From positions 29,760,001 to 29,824,000 of the forward strand of contig OZ004611.1 in NCBI GenBank assembly GCA_963924565.1: 64,000 bases of DNA. Direction: 5' to 3'. This DNA is from Ascidiella aspersa (lineage: Eukaryota). Positions 61,243-64,000 of the stretch are shown in pieces. The notes beneath the pieces were generated by a model. That model was not told the origin of the DNA. It searched no databases and was given only the letters and a program-made list of their open reading frames with translations. Numbering within the stretch: the first letter of the stretch is position 1; each line of letters starts with the position of its first letter. Both the position numbers and the translations under genes were made by a program.

Positions 61243-64000
61243 TGTAGCGCTTGCGCTCCATATTGTTACCGGCTTGAAACCCCGGCCAACCAAATGAAGC
61301 AGGCTGGCCGGTTGTGACGTCGTCACACCAGCCTCTGTGAATTCATCAAATTGACAGTTTGTTGCCTGATCGTGTTTTCGTCGATTGTCCGAGTTTCCTC
61401 TTTTTCGATGCGTCGCCGAACCGCATTGTCACGATATTTAATTACCGCCAGCTGGAATGCTGTATAAAAGGGATTTCATTTTATACCAAAAATAGCAGTC
61501 TTGCATACTGTTCATTGTGGAGTCCAGATCGCGTATGTTATACGGAGGTAATTTATTGTATGTATCGTAAGTATCTGTGTAAGTACTGATGGTCGTTTGT
61601 TTATTTGCAATAAACATTATTTCATTGTGCTTAAAACCCACAAATTGGTGACCCCGACGTGATATTGAACACGCATTAATTCCTTCTGATTAACTAATAT
61701 TCTAAAATAATTAATATTAACTTATTGTGTTGATTTAAATCTATTTTGTAACCTACGCTTTTGTACCTATTTTTAGTCTTATTTACCGTGTGCTATTCTT
61801 AAAATCGTTATGTCGAAGAATAACTTTTTCGTTTTGTTTTCAAAGGTTTCAAGCAAATTTAAAGCTTGCAACGCCAAAACTTCAACGCGTATAGCTGCCA
61901 TGCTATGTAATATAAGGGAAGGTAATGTTTTTCCGAAACCAAAGGGAAATAATTCGAAATTTTCCATCTCTAAGCTACGGCGTCCGCAAATAGGCTCCTT
62001 TTCTAAACCTGTTTTTCCTTTCTCTAAAGACAGTTTAACAGAAAATGATGTTCTAATGCCATCGGTTCAAGTTGTTCCACCGATTGCACTGCCATTCTCG
62101 TCTACTGATTCAGTTTTGCAACCTGCAGCTGCTTCTTCAGCTGAGCCGCAGATGAACAACGACTTACCAAATTCAACTTTCGAAGCCGCTCCATCGTCGT
62201 TTTGCACCACGGCAAAACCTTTAAATGTTCCGGTAAAATCTTTTCAGGCTGTTGCAGTTACGTCCAACATCGAACTTTCAAATGCAGAAGCGATGCCTTG
62301 TCAACAAAGCGAGTTTACTGCATCTACGACGTTCCAAACATCTATAACGACATGCTATTTAAAGCCAGACTCTATTCGAAAGGTACTTTTATCCTATCTA
62401 TTTCAACTTTCTCTTTACCTAATCTTATCAGACAGGATTTCTCGCCGACCATTTGATGTTGCTGACTTTTGCGATGCTTGGAAACGTCCGCCCGACTTAA
62501 CTGCTTGCGAGAAAACCGTTCGTATTTGTTGCGAAGGAAGCAGCACTTTCCTACGACGTTTACACCTGATGATAACCTAGTAAGCTTTCATTACTTTACT
62601 TTACCTTATCTATCTACGGCCTCTTACTATTCTAACCTTGACTATCCTATACTATGGTTTCCCCTTATTTCTCAGCCTCTTGCTAGTTTTATGATAGACG
62701 CTTAGTTTACATTTTTTGGGTAATTTTAGTGCATATGGCTTAAGGTTGTCGTTAACGCAGGGATGGGCCTTGCATAATCAAATTGAATTTCACTAATACG
62801 CTCACGTAGGATGGCAGCTATAGTTTATTCGTAATTTTTGTGCGCGCTATGCATTGTCAGTTATTGATACATGCCTTGTTTACCTTTTTACGCACCACGC
62901 CTGTTTTTCTCTCTAAGCCGCCGCCATTGTAAGTATGTTGTTGCGTAATTATAAGCTCGTTTTAATGTTGCTATATCAGTCGAACAATGCAGATTTTAAA
63001 CCGCTTTTGAGCTAAAACTAAATTTACGGCATTGCTGTTCAGTCATTTGCAAAATAACGTCTCTTTTTGTTAAGTTAAAGGTGAAACCTTACGTAAGAGA
63101 ATATTCTTCTCTCGTAAACTATCTCTAAGCCTATAAACAGATATATTTATCTCTCACACTTTCAGAAGTTGTGCCTTCTAAAGTGCCATTCCGTTTGCAG
63201 CTAACCTGCAGTCTGGTCCTATATGGTTTACGGTGTTTGATCAGAGATATCACACCTAAAATAACCTGACCGTTTTGTTTGTATTCCGGGCATAGTTCCC
63301 GATGTTTTCAAGGCCACGTGATGCCTTTTTACCTTACTGACGGCTGAGGTACCGTCGCATGTCCATTTGAGTTACAGGCTTGCATAGTGTAACTTTTTAG
63401 TTTAACCTTTACGCCAAGGTTAAAATGTTTGGCATTTAGGGATTACTTTTAAAATGGACAAGTTGTTAATTTTGTTTTCGAGTTTCAGAGATTAGTACCG
63501 TTTAACTTTCTTTATTTCGGTATTCTAGAACGATAGATTCTAGGCATTTGACTGACGGTTTTTGTCTTTCTTCATTAAAATTACGATTTTTACGGCTCTA
63601 TTTCTGCATTGTAGGCTGTGCATTTCTTGTATTCGCATGTTGTTAAACGCCGGTGTAAGTATTTTTACACAGATTGTTCAGCAACAAAGTACCAGCTCGA
63701 TTACGGAGGGATTCTCGAACACTAGAAGGAGCAGTTCAGTTTCAGCTCTTTGACTACCAACGTGCTTTGTACGAAGCGAGCTTTTTCATCGTTGGACAAC
63801 AGTCATTTATGTTTCGGAGGTCGCCACCGTTCCTGACTTGTTCTACAAAGAGCCGATCGACAAGGAGGACATGATCATCCCATGAACAATGTTTGACTTC
63901 CTGGAGGAAGAAGTCCAACATGGAGTCTCTCCGGACCTATTGCTTCAAAGACAAGGGGAGTGACATGTAGCGCTTGCGCTCCATATTGTTACCGGCTTGA
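61243..64000 (+). mobile_element. Non-autonomous LTR retrotransposon (Gypsy-like), runs off window
   Basis: 5' LTR 61243-61642 (TG..CA); 18-nt tRNA-Trp PBS TGGTGACCCCGACGTGAT 61646-61663; PPT AAGGGGAG; identical 3' LTR start at 63966. The internal 2.3 kb has no recognisable pol. Confidence 0.9.

Overview
AT-rich, intron-containing animal DNA; the NLR/kelch/TE content suggests a marine invertebrate such as an ascidian (inference). The first ~43 kb is a dense graveyard of mobile elements. It holds five degraded minus-strand copies of an HUH-endonuclease + SF3-helicase Rep. One copy sits beside a circovirus-like capsid gene, an overprinted second ORF and a conserved hairpin/octamer region, together pointing to repeated endogenisation of an apparently unusual unisense ssDNA (CRESS-like) virus. 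The region also has U2 and U1 snRNA gene fragments joined to non-LTR retrotransposons (Utopia-like RLE elements at U2 nt 39; a Tx1/L1 element next to the U1 5' end), an open Ty3/Gypsy pol ORF, a NACHT-LRR pseudogene, hAT, MULE and Penelope remnants, and many MITEs. 46.8-58.6 kb is an intact 12-exon BTB-BACK-Kelch gene. The window ends in a non-autonomous tRNA-Trp-primed LTR element. All calls come from manual reading and motif recognition; no database searches were run.
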